A stretch of DNA of 64,000 bases from positions 81,865 to 145,864 of the forward strand of contig CAYNHV010000001.1 in assembly GCA_964397315.1 (NCBI GenBank). Reading direction: 5' to 3'. Below, one piece after another: positions 29,889 to 39,886 of this stretch. The notes under the pieces are model-generated. The model searched no databases and was not told the DNA's origin. It worked only from the letters and a program-made list of their open reading frames with translations. The position numbers and the translations under genes are program-made. Numbering within the stretch: the first letter of the stretch is position 1; each line of letters begins with the position of its first letter. Origin of the DNA: an uncultured Methanosarcinales archaeon. Lineage in GTDB: Archaea; Nanobdellota; Nanobdellia; Woesearchaeales; UBA12501.

Positions 29889-30638
29889 TCAGTAATCAAA
29901 CAGGTTCCTCTGGCGGCTGTTGAACCTCTCCCTGTACTTTGGAGGCTCTGCCTTCCTGTACTCAAACCCCCAGTCCTCAAGCATCTTCCTTGCGTTAGGT
30001 GTTACGCCGTTGCAGGCCAGAATCCCTCTTATCCTCTCAGTGCCTTTTGACTCCTTAATCTTCTCAACATACCTTCTTAACTGCGTGACATCAGAGAGGC
30101 CTCCCTTGTACCTCTTGCATTCTATCACAACAAGATTTCCTCCTGCATCGCGGGCGAGCACATCCACAAAACCGTATCTTGTCTGCTCCTCCTGGCTCAC
30201 TGTCCTCAGCCCTTCCTCTATAATGTCAGGGCTGCACATTATCATCTCAGCCATGTCCCGCTCTGTTCCATTGAGCTGTATCTTCTGGCCGTCCTCCAGC
30301 CTTGAGCTGTTCATGAAGTGCACTTTCCTTATCAGTATGTCAAGATATTCCTTCTGGGAGATGTTCCTGCTTTTCAGGACAAGAGAGCCTTCCTTAACCC
30401 CTGCCTCATGGGCTGACTGGGCCTTCATGTAATTCACAGGATTAGAGCCGTCAGGCTGGTGCACCAGCAGTGTCTTGTCTCCTTTAATGATAACAAGCCT
30501 GTCCCCCTCAGGAAGAAAGCTCTCTGCCCTTCCTGAGTATCTCACCTCGCACCTGCAACCGAGGGTTACGGTCTCAGAACTGCTCAATGCCTGGTTTATG
30601 TCCTCTGCAATCCTGTCTGCTGGTTTTTCCATGGTCAT
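29889..30638 (-). CDS. nucS: Mismatch endonuclease NucS/EndoMS
   Basis: CEVRYSGRAES, DRLVIIKGDKTLLVH, PVNY, GFVDVL, VVIECK, QLRRY. Confidence 0.92.
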   Translation of the reverse strand: MTMEKPADRIAEDINQALSSSETVTLGCRCEVRYSGRAESFLPEGDRLVIIKGDKTLLVHQPDGSNPVNYMKAQSAHEAGVKEGSLVLKSRNISQKEYLDILIRKVHFMNSSRLEDGQKIQLNGTERDMAEMIMCSPDIIEEGLRTVSQEEQTRYGFVDVLARDAGGNLVVIECKRYKGGLSDVTQLRRYVEKIKESKGTERIRGILACNGVTPNARKMLEDWGFEYRKAEPPKYRERFNSRQRNLFDY

Positions 30639-30656
30639 CACACAATCATTATGCAA

Positions 30657-30741
30657 AGCCCCTGGCCGGATTTGAACCGGCGATCTTCTGCTTGCTCTGT
30701 AAGATACGAGGCAGATGCATTAGCCGCTATGCTACAGGGGC
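30657..30741 (-). tRNA. tRNA-Thr(CGT) with 12-nt intron at 37/38
   Basis: GCCCCTG/CAGGGGC acceptor, TCTGC/GCAGA anticodon stem, loop CT-CGT-A then intron TCTTACAGAGCA then A, GGTTCAAATCC T-arm, U73. Confidence 0.9.
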
Positions 30742-30770
30742 GTATTAGTGTATTTGAAAAAGCAGAAGAA

Positions 30771-30932
30771 TCAGAGGTTTTTAAGTATTTCTTCTTTAGA
30801 GCCTTTCTGTTTCTGGCATTCAGGGCAGAGGGGGTGTTTCTTTCCCTTCTTATCCTTCACATAAGTGCCGAGTATCTTCTTCAGGAAGGTCTCCTCAATC
30901 TTCTTGCCGCATATCCTGCATTTTAATGCCAT
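30771..30932 (-). CDS. Small basic zinc-finger protein (53 aa; below ORF-track cutoff)
   Basis: MALKCRICGKKIEETFLKKILGTYVKDKKGKKHPLCPECQKQKGSKEEILKNL; two CxxC motifs. Confidence 0.75.
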   Translation of the reverse strand: MALKCRICGKKIEETFLKKILGTYVKDKKGKKHPLCPECQKQKGSKEEILKNL

Positions 30933-30948
30933 AATCCTTATCTAGGGG

Positions 30949-31142
30949 GGCGCATATTTAAATATTTCCTGCAAGGGTCTTGTTCATTTTTGGAGTTTAC
31001 TACAAAAATTTCCAAAAATCTTTGATTTTTGATACTTGAGCCCGCCATCAAGGACTACATCCTCGCTTCGCTCGGAGTAGCCCGAATAACTAACTGAATT
31101 TACAACTACACCTTCACAAGGCGCATATTTAAATATTTCCTG
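30949..31142. repeat. 23-bp direct repeat flanking a 148-bp segment with a REP-like hairpin
   Basis: GGCGCATATTTAAATATTTCCTG at 30949-30971 and 31120-31142; hairpin 31052-31082 with TCGCTTCGCTC loop. Confidence 0.85.
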
Positions 31143-31151
31143 TTGTAATTC

Positions 31152-32912
31152 ATGCTCATGACAAGGATAGCTGTTATTGAGAAGGAGAAATGCAACCCAT
31201 CCGGCTGCGGGGATTACCTCTGCATCAGGCTGTGCCCTGTCAACAGGACAGGAGAGGAATGCATTGTCAGGGGAGACGACAACAAGGCAGGCATAAACAC
31301 TGAGCTGTGCACTGGCTGCGGAATCTGCTCCAAGAGATGCCCTTTTGGAGCGATACACATAGTCAACCTTCCTGAGGCGCTGAAGCAGGAGCCGATCCAC
31401 AGGTATGGTGAGAACGGATTCCACCTGTACAGCCTTCCAGCGCCAATGTTCGGCAAGGTCGTGGGAGTGCTGGGTGTGAATGGCATAGGAAAATCAAGCG
31501 CAATAAAGATACTCGCAGGAGTCCTGAAACCCAATCTTGGAGGTGACAAGGAGGCGGATTACAGCAGCATAATAGAGTATTTCAAGGGCAGCGAGGCCCA
31601 GCTCTTCTTTGAAAAGGTGAGAGACAGCAAGATAAAGGTCTCATACAAGCCCCAGCAGGTTGAGCTCATCCCAAAGCAGTTCAGAGGAAAGGTTATTGAC
31701 CTTCTCAACAGGGTGGATGAGAAGGGAAAGGCGCAGGAGATAATTGACCTGCTTGACCTGAGGGATTTCATTGACACAGACATATCAGACATATCAGGGG
31801 GGGAGCTGCAGAGGGTTGCTATAGCAGCCACTGTGCTGAAGGATGCCAATCTTTACATATTTGACGAGCCAACATCCTACCTTGACATAAAGCAGAGGAT
31901 AAAGGTCAGCAGGTTCATAAGGGAGCTTGCTGACGAGAACACAGCAGTGATTGCCGTGGAGCACGACCTCATAGTACTGGATTACATGGCAGACCTTGTA
32001 AGCATAATGTACGGCGAGAAAGGCGCTTATGGGATAGTGAGCCAGCCCAAGCCTGTAAAGTCAGGAATAAACACCTTCCTTGAGGGGTATCTGAAAGAGG
32101 AGAACATAAGGTTCAGGGATTCCAGCATAAGGTTTGGCTCAAGGTCCGCGCAAAAGGAGAGGGAGAAGCCGGTTCTTGTGTCGTGGACAGGGCTGAAGAA
32201 GAGCCTTGGAAGGTTTGAGCTTACAGCAGAGGAAGGAAAGCTTAAGAAGAGCGATGTTTGCGGAATTCTCGGCGAGAACGGCATAGGAAAGACCACATTC
32301 GCCAGGCTGCTTGCAGGTGTTGAGGAGCAGGACAGCGGAGAGATCAACGAGAACATCAAGGTGAGCCACAAGCCCCAGTACCTTCAGTCTGACAGCGACG
32401 AGCTTGTTGCCTCATACATAAGCGATGCTGTGCAGAATTACGAGGTGCAGCTTGTCAGACCCCTCGGCCTTAAGGGGCTTTTCACAAAAAAGCTCAGCGA
32501 ACTCTCAGGAGGAGAGCTGCAGAAGGTGGCAATAGCAAGGTGCCTCTCCCAGGATGCAGACCTTTACCTTCTTGACGAGCCATCTGCCTATCTTGATGTT
32601 GAGCAGAGGCTTGTTGTCTCAAGAATGATAAGAGACATGATGGAACAGAAGGGAAAGTCCTGCCTTGTTGTGGACCATGACCTTCTTTTCATAGATTACC
32701 TGTCTGACAGCCTCATGATATTTAAGGGAGAGCCCGCAAGGCGCGGCATGGTAAGTGGGCCTTTTGACATGGCAGGAGGCATGAACACCTTCCTCTCAGG
32801 GCTTGACATAACAATGAGAAGGGATAAGGAGAGCAACAGGCCGAGGATAAACAAGCCGCAGAGCCAGATGGAAAGGAAGCAGAAGTCTGAGGAAAAGCTT
32901 TATTACAGCTAG
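31152..32912 (+). CDS. rli1: Ribosome recycling ATPase ABCE1/Rli1
   Basis: N-terminal Fe-S Cys motifs (CTGCGICSKRCPF), HRYGENGF, two ABC domains, RPRINK. Confidence 0.96.
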   Translation: MLMTRIAVIEKEKCNPSGCGDYLCIRLCPVNRTGEECIVRGDDNKAGINTELCTGCGICSKRCPFGAIHIVNLPEALKQEPIHRYGENGFHLYSLPAPMFGKVVGVLGVNGIGKSSAIKILAGVLKPNLGGDKEADYSSIIEYFKGSEAQLFFEKVRDSKIKVSYKPQQVELIPKQFRGKVIDLLNRVDEKGKAQEIIDLLDLRDFIDTDISDISGGELQRVAIAATVLKDANLYIFDEPTSYLDIKQRIKVSRFIRELADENTAVIAVEHDLIVLDYMADLVSIMYGEKGAYGIVSQPKPVKSGINTFLEGYLKEENIRFRDSSIRFGSRSAQKEREKPVLVSWTGLKKSLGRFELTAEEGKLKKSDVCGILGENGIGKTTFARLLAGVEEQDSGEINENIKVSHKPQYLQSDSDELVASYISDAVQNYEVQLVRPLGLKGLFTKKLSELSGGELQKVAIARCLSQDADLYLLDEPSAYLDVEQRLVVSRMIRDMMEQKGKSCLVVDHDLLFIDYLSDSLMIFKGEPARRGMVSGPFDMAGGMNTFLSGLDITMRRDKESNRPRINKPQSQMERKQKSEEKLYYS

Positions 32913-33487
32913 GCATTCCCCCTGCTCTCTCCCATTGTGATTCCCTGGGCTATGAGGTGGGCTGCCCTTACAGGCTCTGGTATGCAGGACCTTGTGCATG
33001 CAATCCTGAGCATCTCCCTGACATCCCCCTCCTTTATTCCGGTGTGCTGCACGTATATCTCCCCCATCCTTACAGGTTCTCCTGCGTTTTCAAGAAGCCT
33101 TATCCTGCTGTCCATCCCGAGCTTTTTAAGCGCGGAGTGTATCTTTTTCAGGTCAGGCTTTCTCCTTATTATCACAATAACAGGAATCTTTGTCTTTCTG
33201 CTGAGGGCCTCAATGTCAATCACATTAAACCCTCCCACCGCAATCCCGTCAAGAAATACCGCCTGGATCTGGCTGCGGAACTTGCTCCGGTTTATCATTC
33301 CCGCGATTTTTTCTGTTGAGTCAATTCCGTCAACATCTGCCTTTGTTGACATCACGCCGTCAAGAGAGCTCCCTCCCCTGAAGAAAGCGCCCACTACAAT
33401 AACTTCAGAATCATTGAACTTGTCAAAGCAGCCGTCATCAATCCCGACCATCCTGATCTCTTTTTTCATGAGAGAATCCTCTTCCAT
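32909..33487 (-). CDS. DUF99 family protein (endonuclease V-like)
   Basis: VGIDDG, DGIAVGGFNVID, IPEPVRAAHLIA. Confidence 0.9.
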   Translation of the reverse strand: MEEDSLMKKEIRMVGIDDGCFDKFNDSEVIVVGAFFRGGSSLDGVMSTKADVDGIDSTEKIAGMINRSKFRSQIQAVFLDGIAVGGFNVIDIEALSRKTKIPVIVIIRRKPDLKKIHSALKKLGMDSRIRLLENAGEPVRMGEIYVQHTGIKEGDVREMLRIACTRSCIPEPVRAAHLIAQGITMGESRGNA

Positions 33488-33494
33488 AAGATGA

Positions 33495-34229
33495 TTATCC
33501 GAATTTTCTGAGGAATGTCAGAAATCCGGTGTGGCCAAGCCCCTTGAAGTCGGGCCTGGCCTTGTTTCCCTCAACAACCCACTCCCTTTCTATGAGCTCA
33601 ATAGTCTTTAAGTGTATGAAGCCCTTCTGCAGCGCCTCGTTTACTGTCCTCTGGGATTGTGTTATGTGGGGGGAGTATGAGACCATGAAACCTCCAGGCT
33701 TAAGGGCCTTCCGCGAGCTGTCAAGCGCCTTCCACGGCTCTGGCAGGTCTGCTGTTATGACGTCAATGTCTCTCTCGTCTACGCCCGTGTAGCAGTCCTT
33801 GTTCTTCACCCTGAGGTTTTTCAGGCCCAGCATTTCCGCGTTCTCCCTTGCTGTCCTTATGCTTCTTTGGTCAATGTCATATGTTGTCACTTTTTTGGCA
33901 ATGCCGGCAATGAGGCAGGCGAGAGCCCCTGATCCTGAACCCAGGTCCGCCACTTCTGATTTCCTGTTGATTCCGGTGAAGGCTGTTATCATGCCCGCGT
34001 CTTTTGGCGTTATGATCTGGGCGTGCCTTTTTATTTTCCTCCACGCGTCAGAGAATGAGGGCGTCACAACAGCCACTTCCTCCCCCTTGTTTGTTCTGGC
34101 AAGGCCGTCTCTTTTCATGTCTTTTTTGCTTATGAAGCCGTGCTGGGTGTGAAAGTCCTTTTTCGTCTCATCCGCGATTATCTGTCTTCCCTGCCTTGTG
34201 AGGATCAGCCTTTTCTTTGTTTTCTTCAT
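33495..34229 (-). CDS. trmI: tRNA (adenine-N1)-methyltransferase TrmI/Trm61
   Basis: HTQHG, AQIITPKD, DLGSGSGAL, DLPEPW, GHTGFL; start overlaps upstream stop (ATGA). Confidence 0.9.
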   Translation of the reverse strand: MKKTKKRLILTRQGRQIIADETKKDFHTQHGFISKKDMKRDGLARTNKGEEVAVVTPSFSDAWRKIKRHAQIITPKDAGMITAFTGINRKSEVADLGSGSGALACLIAGIAKKVTTYDIDQRSIRTARENAEMLGLKNLRVKNKDCYTGVDERDIDVITADLPEPWKALDSSRKALKPGGFMVSYSPHITQSQRTVNEALQKGFIHLKTIELIEREWVVEGNKARPDFKGLGHTGFLTFLRKFG

Positions 34230-37200
34230 TTCATCACCCCGTCTATGTCTGATTCCTTCCATCCTCTTTCAATCAGGCTTTTCTTTATGTCCTCCCTGCT
34301 CACTCCCTCTTCAAGAGCCTCATTTATCTTTTTCTCAAGCTCCCTCTTCATCATCGCCCTTGACTCCATCTTTAGTATGGAGTCCACAACCTGAGGCTCC
34401 CATCCCGCGTCTATGAGCTTTCTTCTGACTTTTGTTTTGGACACGCCTTTCTCAAATGCGTTTTCAACATAATCCTCTGCTCTTTTTACATTGCCTATGA
34501 ACCTGCTGTAAGAGACCGCTCCCGCCCCCAGGAGGAAGACAACTGCCAGGGCAGCAACGGCTGGAAGGCCGTACTTCAGCATTTTCCTGCCTGTGCTTAG
34601 AGCTTTTTTCCCTGCTTCGGATATTCTGGAGGGCTTTTCCTCTGAGGATTCCTTTCCTTCTTCATCCTCCTTTTGTTTTTTCTCTGTTTCCTTGTCTTTC
34701 TCCTCTGGCTCCAGTTCCTGCTCAGGTCTTGTTTCCCTTGTTACGCTGCTGACCTCCAGCACTGCAGCAGAGCCTTTTATTGAGGAAAGGCTGACCTCAA
34801 AATCATTAAGAGTGTCATCATCAATGTCAAAGCTCTGGGACTGGTTTATTTCCAGTGTCATGCTCCTGCCAAGGGATTCTATGCTGAGGTTTATCTTGTC
34901 AAAGTAAACCTTGTTGAGCCTGAGCACCTGCTTCTTCCCTTTCATTTCAAAAGATGCTGCTTCCCCCCTGTAGAGCACAAACACAGGGTTCTCATCTATG
35001 TTCTGCTTCTTCTCCTTCCCTTCTATTGATAAGCCTCCAATTGCTGATCCTCCGCTTGAGCCTGAGCCCGCGCTTGGGAAGCTCTCCCTGGAGCATGCTC
35101 CATCATCAACGCTTCCGTCACAATCATTGTCTATGTCATCGCAGTACTCAGTGGCTCCAGGATATGTGTACTTGTTGCTGTCAAGGCAGTCATGAAGTAT
35201 GGAGTAATAGCCGTCATTGTCAGAGTCGTCAAAAGGCTCTGTAAGGTTGCCGCAGGATCCCACAGGAGCGAAACTGCTGTTTATGCTGCTGTTGTAATAG
35301 TTGCCCTTGGATTGTGTCAGTTTCTTTGCCGAATAGACTCCCCCCTCAAGATGGCTTATGACATTGACGCATAGCGAGGTGGATGTCCCGTTGTCCATGA
35401 CTCCTCCTGAATAGAAGTTGTTGAGCCAGATATTGTTTGAAACCATGGAATACAGTATGTGGATTCCGTAGTATGAGTCTGCAGCATCCCTGAAAGTGTT
35501 TGCTGTTATGTTGTTGTGATGGCCCTTAACTGTTATAAGGCTTTCAAGTGTTGAGTTTGAGAGTGTTGAGTTTGCTATGAGGGTGTTATTGGAGCCCGAG
35601 CCTATACTGACTGCCTCATAGGCATTGTTATCCAGCTCAAGCTCATTAAGCGTGTTGTAGGATGACTGGCTTAAATTCATTCCTGAGCCGGAGGATTCTG
35701 TGGTGTTGGAATAAGTTATCAGGTTGTGGTGGGAGCTGACCAGGAGGATGTTCTCCCTTGCATTGCTTTCCGCGCTGCTGTGCTCAACAAGGCTGCTGTT
35801 CACGCTCTCAAGCATGATTCCGTAATAGGAGTTGCCTGAGGATGATGCCCATGAGAGGTTGGCATCCTGCGAGTCCTTAATGTAAACGCCTGTCAGGTAT
35901 TCTCTGAAGGTGCAGTTTATGAGGGTGAGGTTGTTGAACCCCTCGCTAAATGCGCCGTATCCCTGTTTCATGCCCTCAATAACAGATCCCCTGCAGTCCA
36001 GTGTCACGTCTGACGCGTTGAATTCCAGAGCTCCCCGCCCAGGGGAGGGGGATATGTTGTATATGCCTTGGCTGCTTATGGTGTAATTGGCTCCGCTGTC
36101 CATGAAGGTTATTGTGTTTGATGTCAGATTCTCCTCAATCAGGGCCTGGGTTATGTTGGAATACTCGCAGGATGATGTATTAGCGCATATCATCTCATTG
36201 TCAACAATAGTGAAATTATCATTCAGGGATGCAAGGTTTGTGGTGGAGTCATTAGAGTATACTGTATAGTTGGCATGGCCGAACTCAGGAAAGCTCTCAT
36301 TGAGGGTTATGTTGATTCTCCACACTCCGTCATATATTGTGCCGCTTGCAAGGCTCAGATCCTGAGACCACACAACTGAGGAGCCGTTGCCTTCAGACCA
36401 GAAGTCAATCCATGCTTTGTCCACTCCAAAGGTGTCGTTTATCTCTGCATTGATTATAAGCTGCTCCCCTGAGCCCAGCCTTAATGGGAAAGTGACAGAA
36501 ATGCCATTGCCGTCTGTCTCGTTAAGTATGGAGATGTCCGGCTCTGAATTGTCTATGCCAAACACTGAGCTGTTGTCATTAGTGCCGTAGTGAAGCGAGT
36601 CAAAAGGCCTTACGCTTATCATGTAGCCTGTCATGTCAGCCATGCCTGAAACATTCCAGGAGTAGTTCTTATTGGAGGTGTTGGTTATGGGATGCCAGGA
36701 TGTTCCCGAATCCTTGGAGTACCTCAGAGAATAGTTCAGGTTTCCCCTTGTTTTTGTCTGACCTGTCCAGTTTATGAAGATCGTGCCTGTATGGTTTGTG
36801 TGGGCTTGAGGGGCTGTCAGATTGGTCAGTCCGCAGTCATGAAGGGTGTTCTCAATGTAATCCCTGCTTATGCCCTGCTGGTAGAAGTTTCCCCTGAGCC
36901 TGAAAGGCACACCCAAAAGATAATCGTGGACGCAGAAGCTGCTGGAGCTTCCGGAATCATTAACGCCCCTGCTGTAGAAGCTGTTATGGGATACATTGAC
37001 ATTTGAGGCAGTGGAGGTTATGTTAAGGTCAGAGAGCTGGCTGTAGTCTATGAGATTGAACTTGAGGAAAGCGCTTGAAGTGTCATTAACCAAAATTCCC
37101 TGACTGTAGTTGTAGATGTAGCATTTCCTCACAGAGTCAGAATCAAACCCGCTTATGAGAACGCCGTATCCTGTGCCGGACCCTTCTATTTTTCCGTAAT

Positions 37201-39298
37201 CGCAGTTGAGTGTTGTGTTGGTGGCGTTTATCCTGATTGCCGGCTCTCCTGAGGGGGGAGAGATGTTGTAAGATCCCCTGCCTGAGAGGAGGTATGTTCT
37301 GGAGGCGTCAAGCAGTGTAAGGGTGCTGTCTGTGTTGTTCGCCCTGTCCAGCGCATGGGTTATGTTGGGGTATGCGCAGTAGGTCTGGTTGGAGCAAACC
37401 CAGTCGTTCATCTCAAGGGTGAAGGAGTTGTTGTCATTAGTGCCGTTGTAAGCTCCGTCTGAAGGCACGATCCTGAACCTGTAATTGCCGCTCTCGTTCA
37501 TGCCGAGCAGTGACATGTTGTAAGTCAGGCCAGGAGTTGATCCCAGGGAGTGCCATGTTGAGGCAGAGTCATTGGAGTAGTAGATGTAGTAGGTTATGCT
37601 TTTCTGGGAGCTCTGGCCGGTCCATGATGTTATGAGCCTTGCTGTCCCCACTGTATCTCCAGAGGAAGGGGCTGTTATGTTAGGGGGCCCGCAGTCACCC
37701 CCAAAATAGCCCTTGCTCTCTCCTGTACCGTTTCCGATGAATGAGATGTTGATGGTTTCAGCATAAAAGTTTCCCTCACCATTGGTGCAGTAATTGTTAG
37801 AGCTTCCAGAGTCGTTTATTCCCCTGCTGTACAGGTCATTGAGCCAGAGGTCTGTGCCAATGGCGGATCCTGAGAGGGTAATGTCATAATTTCCTGAGTC
37901 ATAGAATGAGTTGTTGACTATGTCAGAGTATGAGCTCTGGTTGATGTAAAGGCCAAAAGTGAAATTCCTGAATATGCAGTTCTTCAATGTTGCATTGTCA
38001 GCGTCTATGCTGGCCCCGTAGCCTGTTTCTGTGCCTGTTATCGTGCTGTCATTGCAGTTGATGGTTATGTTTGTTGCGTTAATCCTTATCACTGACTCTG
38101 CTGCCTGGGAGAGGGGCATGCGGAATGTGTAGTCTGAGTTCATCTCATATAATGTGTTGGACTGGTTGAGGAAGCAGCCCGCATCTGTGTTGTTTATTGC
38201 AATAAGGCAGTCAGTGAGGTTCTTGTAAGTGCATCCTGAACAGACATAGTTTGAGGCAAAGTTTTCTGCAATCGCGCTGGAGCTGCCAAAGCTGAAGAGG
38301 AGCTTGTGGGTTCCGCTGGTAATCACTTTAGAGGTCTCGTATCCTGTGCTGCTGCAGGAGTAGTTGTGGTAGAAAATCCTGCTGCCATCATACTCAGGCT
38401 CAAGGGTATTGTCTCCGCACCTCAGCTCAAGGAATTCAAGATCGGTGCTGAACTCTGTCCCTTCAATGCCCCTTATGGTGAGGTTGGCGGTGCCTGTTGT
38501 GTTGAACTCCACAGTCCAGTTGCCGCCTACAGAAGGGCGGCTTTTGAGGTTTATGACCTCAATCCCGAATTCAAAGATGTCAGACTCTGGCCCAACGTGC
38601 AGCCTGAACTTTGGAACTCTGCCTTTCTTCAGGGGGATTGTGAGGGTGACTGTCTCGTTCAGCCCTGCCATGCCTGATGTAAGATCGTAATCCGGCGCTT
38701 TCTCAACCCATACTGGCTGGGGTGTTGTGGAGTTGTGATGGAACTTCACAATAAATCTGTTTCCCCTCTTTTCAACGCTTGTGAAGAAGGTCTCAAAACT
38801 CTCATCATCCTTAATCTTTCTCCCTACTTCCCTGTTCTCCCCATCCTTTATTGTCTCATTGACCTTTGCTGCCACCTGCGCTTCTTCCTGTTCTGGCTTT
38901 AAAGCGCCATCACTTGACTGCTTACCTCTTTTTCCCCTCCCCCTGCCTTTTTTGGCATTCTCCACCACTTCAAAACCCGTGCTCACATTTGCTGTGATGT
39001 TCTTAAGCCTCAATACAGCGTATGCTGTGTAATTGCCTGCTTTTTCAACCGGAAAGTCGGTTGAGGTAGCATACAGTTTTTTGTCAGGCCCGTAAACCTC
39101 TAGGTCATAGTCAGCGCTCGCAGGCACCACAAACAGGTGCGCCATCTCGCCCTTCTCGTAAGAGCTCTTGCCTGGAAACACCTCTGCATTCTCCAGAACC
39201 GCGCTGCCTGTCATGGATGGGCTGTTAAGAACAGCCACTATTATGAGGGCGGCTACTGCAAAGAGGAATACAGCCTGCAAAGACGGCAGCTTTCTCAT
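34226..39298 (-). CDS. Giant membrane-anchored surface glycoprotein with repeated parallel beta-helix modules
   Basis: Signal peptide; three modules with INATNITINC/INATNTTLNC/FNASDVTLDC; DSDNDGY...DC...PGATEYCDDIDNDCDG motif; C-terminal TM; many N-x-S/T sequons. Confidence 0.85.
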   Translation of the reverse strand: MRKLPSLQAVFLFAVAALIIVAVLNSPSMTGSAVLENAEVFPGKSSYEKGEMAHLFVVPASADYDLEVYGPDKKLYATSTDFPVEKAGNYTAYAVLRLKNITANVSTGFEVVENAKKGRGRGKRGKQSSDGALKPEQEEAQVAAKVNETIKDGENREVGRKIKDDESFETFFTSVEKRGNRFIVKFHHNSTTPQPVWVEKAPDYDLTSGMAGLNETVTLTIPLKKGRVPKFRLHVGPESDIFEFGIEVINLKSRPSVGGNWTVEFNTTGTANLTIRGIEGTEFSTDLEFLELRCGDNTLEPEYDGSRIFYHNYSCSSTGYETSKVITSGTHKLLFSFGSSSAIAENFASNYVCSGCTYKNLTDCLIAINNTDAGCFLNQSNTLYEMNSDYTFRMPLSQAAESVIRINATNITINCNDSTITGTETGYGASIDADNATLKNCIFRNFTFGLYINQSSYSDIVNNSFYDSGNYDITLSGSAIGTDLWLNDLYSRGINDSGSSNNYCTNGEGNFYAETINISFIGNGTGESKGYFGGDCGPPNITAPSSGDTVGTARLITSWTGQSSQKSITYYIYYSNDSASTWHSLGSTPGLTYNMSLLGMNESGNYRFRIVPSDGAYNGTNDNNSFTLEMNDWVCSNQTYCAYPNITHALDRANNTDSTLTLLDASRTYLLSGRGSYNISPPSGEPAIRINATNTTLNCDYGKIEGSGTGYGVLISGFDSDSVRKCYIYNYSQGILVNDTSSAFLKFNLIDYSQLSDLNITSTASNVNVSHNSFYSRGVNDSGSSSSFCVHDYLLGVPFRLRGNFYQQGISRDYIENTLHDCGLTNLTAPQAHTNHTGTIFINWTGQTKTRGNLNYSLRYSKDSGTSWHPITNTSNKNYSWNVSGMADMTGYMISVRPFDSLHYGTNDNSSVFGIDNSEPDISILNETDGNGISVTFPLRLGSGEQLIINAEINDTFGVDKAWIDFWSEGNGSSVVWSQDLSLASGTIYDGVWRINITLNESFPEFGHANYTVYSNDSTTNLASLNDNFTIVDNEMICANTSSCEYSNITQALIEENLTSNTITFMDSGANYTISSQGIYNISPSPGRGALEFNASDVTLDCRGSVIEGMKQGYGAFSEGFNNLTLINCTFREYLTGVYIKDSQDANLSWASSSGNSYYGIMLESVNSSLVEHSSAESNARENILLVSSHHNLITYSNTTESSGSGMNLSQSSYNTLNELELDNNAYEAVSIGSGSNNTLIANSTLSNSTLESLITVKGHHNNITANTFRDAADSYYGIHILYSMVSNNIWLNNFYSGGVMDNGTSTSLCVNVISHLEGGVYSAKKLTQSKGNYYNSSINSSFAPVGSCGNLTEPFDDSDNDGYYSILHDCLDSNKYTYPGATEYCDDIDNDCDGSVDDGACSRESFPSAGSGSSGGSAIGGLSIEGKEKKQNIDENPVFVLYRGEAASFEMKGKKQVLRLNKVYFDKINLSIESLGRSMTLEINQSQSFDIDDDTLNDFEVSLSSIKGSAAVLEVSSVTRETRPEQELEPEEKDKETEKKQKEDEEGKESSEEKPSRISEAGKKALSTGRKMLKYGLPAVAALAVVFLLGAGAVSYSRFIGNVKRAEDYVENAFEKGVSKTKVRRKLIDAGWEPQVVDSILKMESRAMMKRELEKKINEALEEGVSREDIKKSLIERGWKESDIDGVMK

Positions 39299-39585
39299 AT
39301 TTCCCTGAACCCTCCGTTTTCTTTTTTTGCGTATGCCTGGATTGTGCTGGTTATGTTCTTCTTTTCTATGCCTATCTTCTCGCTTTTCTCGTATATCTCC
39401 TTGAGCGAGGCATCGTGATAGTCAATCTCGTCATCATCAATCCTCTTGAGAAGTATTCCCTCATCCTTCAGATAGAAAACCCAGAAGGCAGTTCCCTGAT
39501 CTATGAGCAGCTCTCTCCTGACGTCCCGGGGGATGACCATCTGCCCGCGGGAGTCACAGCTTACCGGCTTGTCAAACTTCTTCAT
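39295..39585 (-). CDS. AbrB/MazE/SpoVT-family DNA-binding protein
   Basis: DSRGQMVIPRDVRREL...GILLKRI. Confidence 0.85.
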   Translation of the reverse strand: MKKFDKPVSCDSRGQMVIPRDVRRELLIDQGTAFWVFYLKDEGILLKRIDDDEIDYHDASLKEIYEKSEKIGIEKKNITSTIQAYAKKENGGFREI

Positions 39586-39757
39586 TAGCCTGCCTCTTCC
39601 TGCCTTTTCCTGTCTTGAGCTTCAGAAATATTCCCTTGTCTCCCACTGCAAAAAGGTCAAAATCAGCTTCCCTGATTCCCAGCCTCTTTCTTATCTCCTT
39701 TGGGATTACTATCTGGCCCCTCCTGCCGCACTGTACAATCTCGGGTGTTAACAGCAT
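39572..39757 (-). CDS. AbrB/MazE/SpoVT-family DNA-binding protein
   Basis: RRGQIVIPKEIRKRLGI...GIFLKL. Confidence 0.82.
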   Translation of the reverse strand: MLLTPEIVQCGRRGQIVIPKEIRKRLGIREADFDLFAVGDKGIFLKLKTGKGRKRQANEEV

Positions 39758-39779
39758 TTTCTGAATTTAAGTTTTTTTA

Positions 39780-39886
39780 TCTTATTTTCTGATTTTTATT
39801 CTTATTATCTTACTAAAGGATTTACTAGAGTCTGAAAAATAAAAAAAATATCTTATTTTCCCTAATTTTTTCTGAAAATAAGAAAC
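39780..39886. promoter_or_regulatory. AT-rich promoter region with repeated TCTTATTTTC boxes
   Basis: TCTTATTTTC at 39780 and 39851, TCTTATTATC at 39800, inverted GAAAATAAGA at 39874. Confidence 0.5.

Noticed and set aside
30771-30932. Ribosomal protein L40e assignment for the small zinc finger
   Set aside because: Cys spacing and sequence do not match L40e; left as hypothetical.
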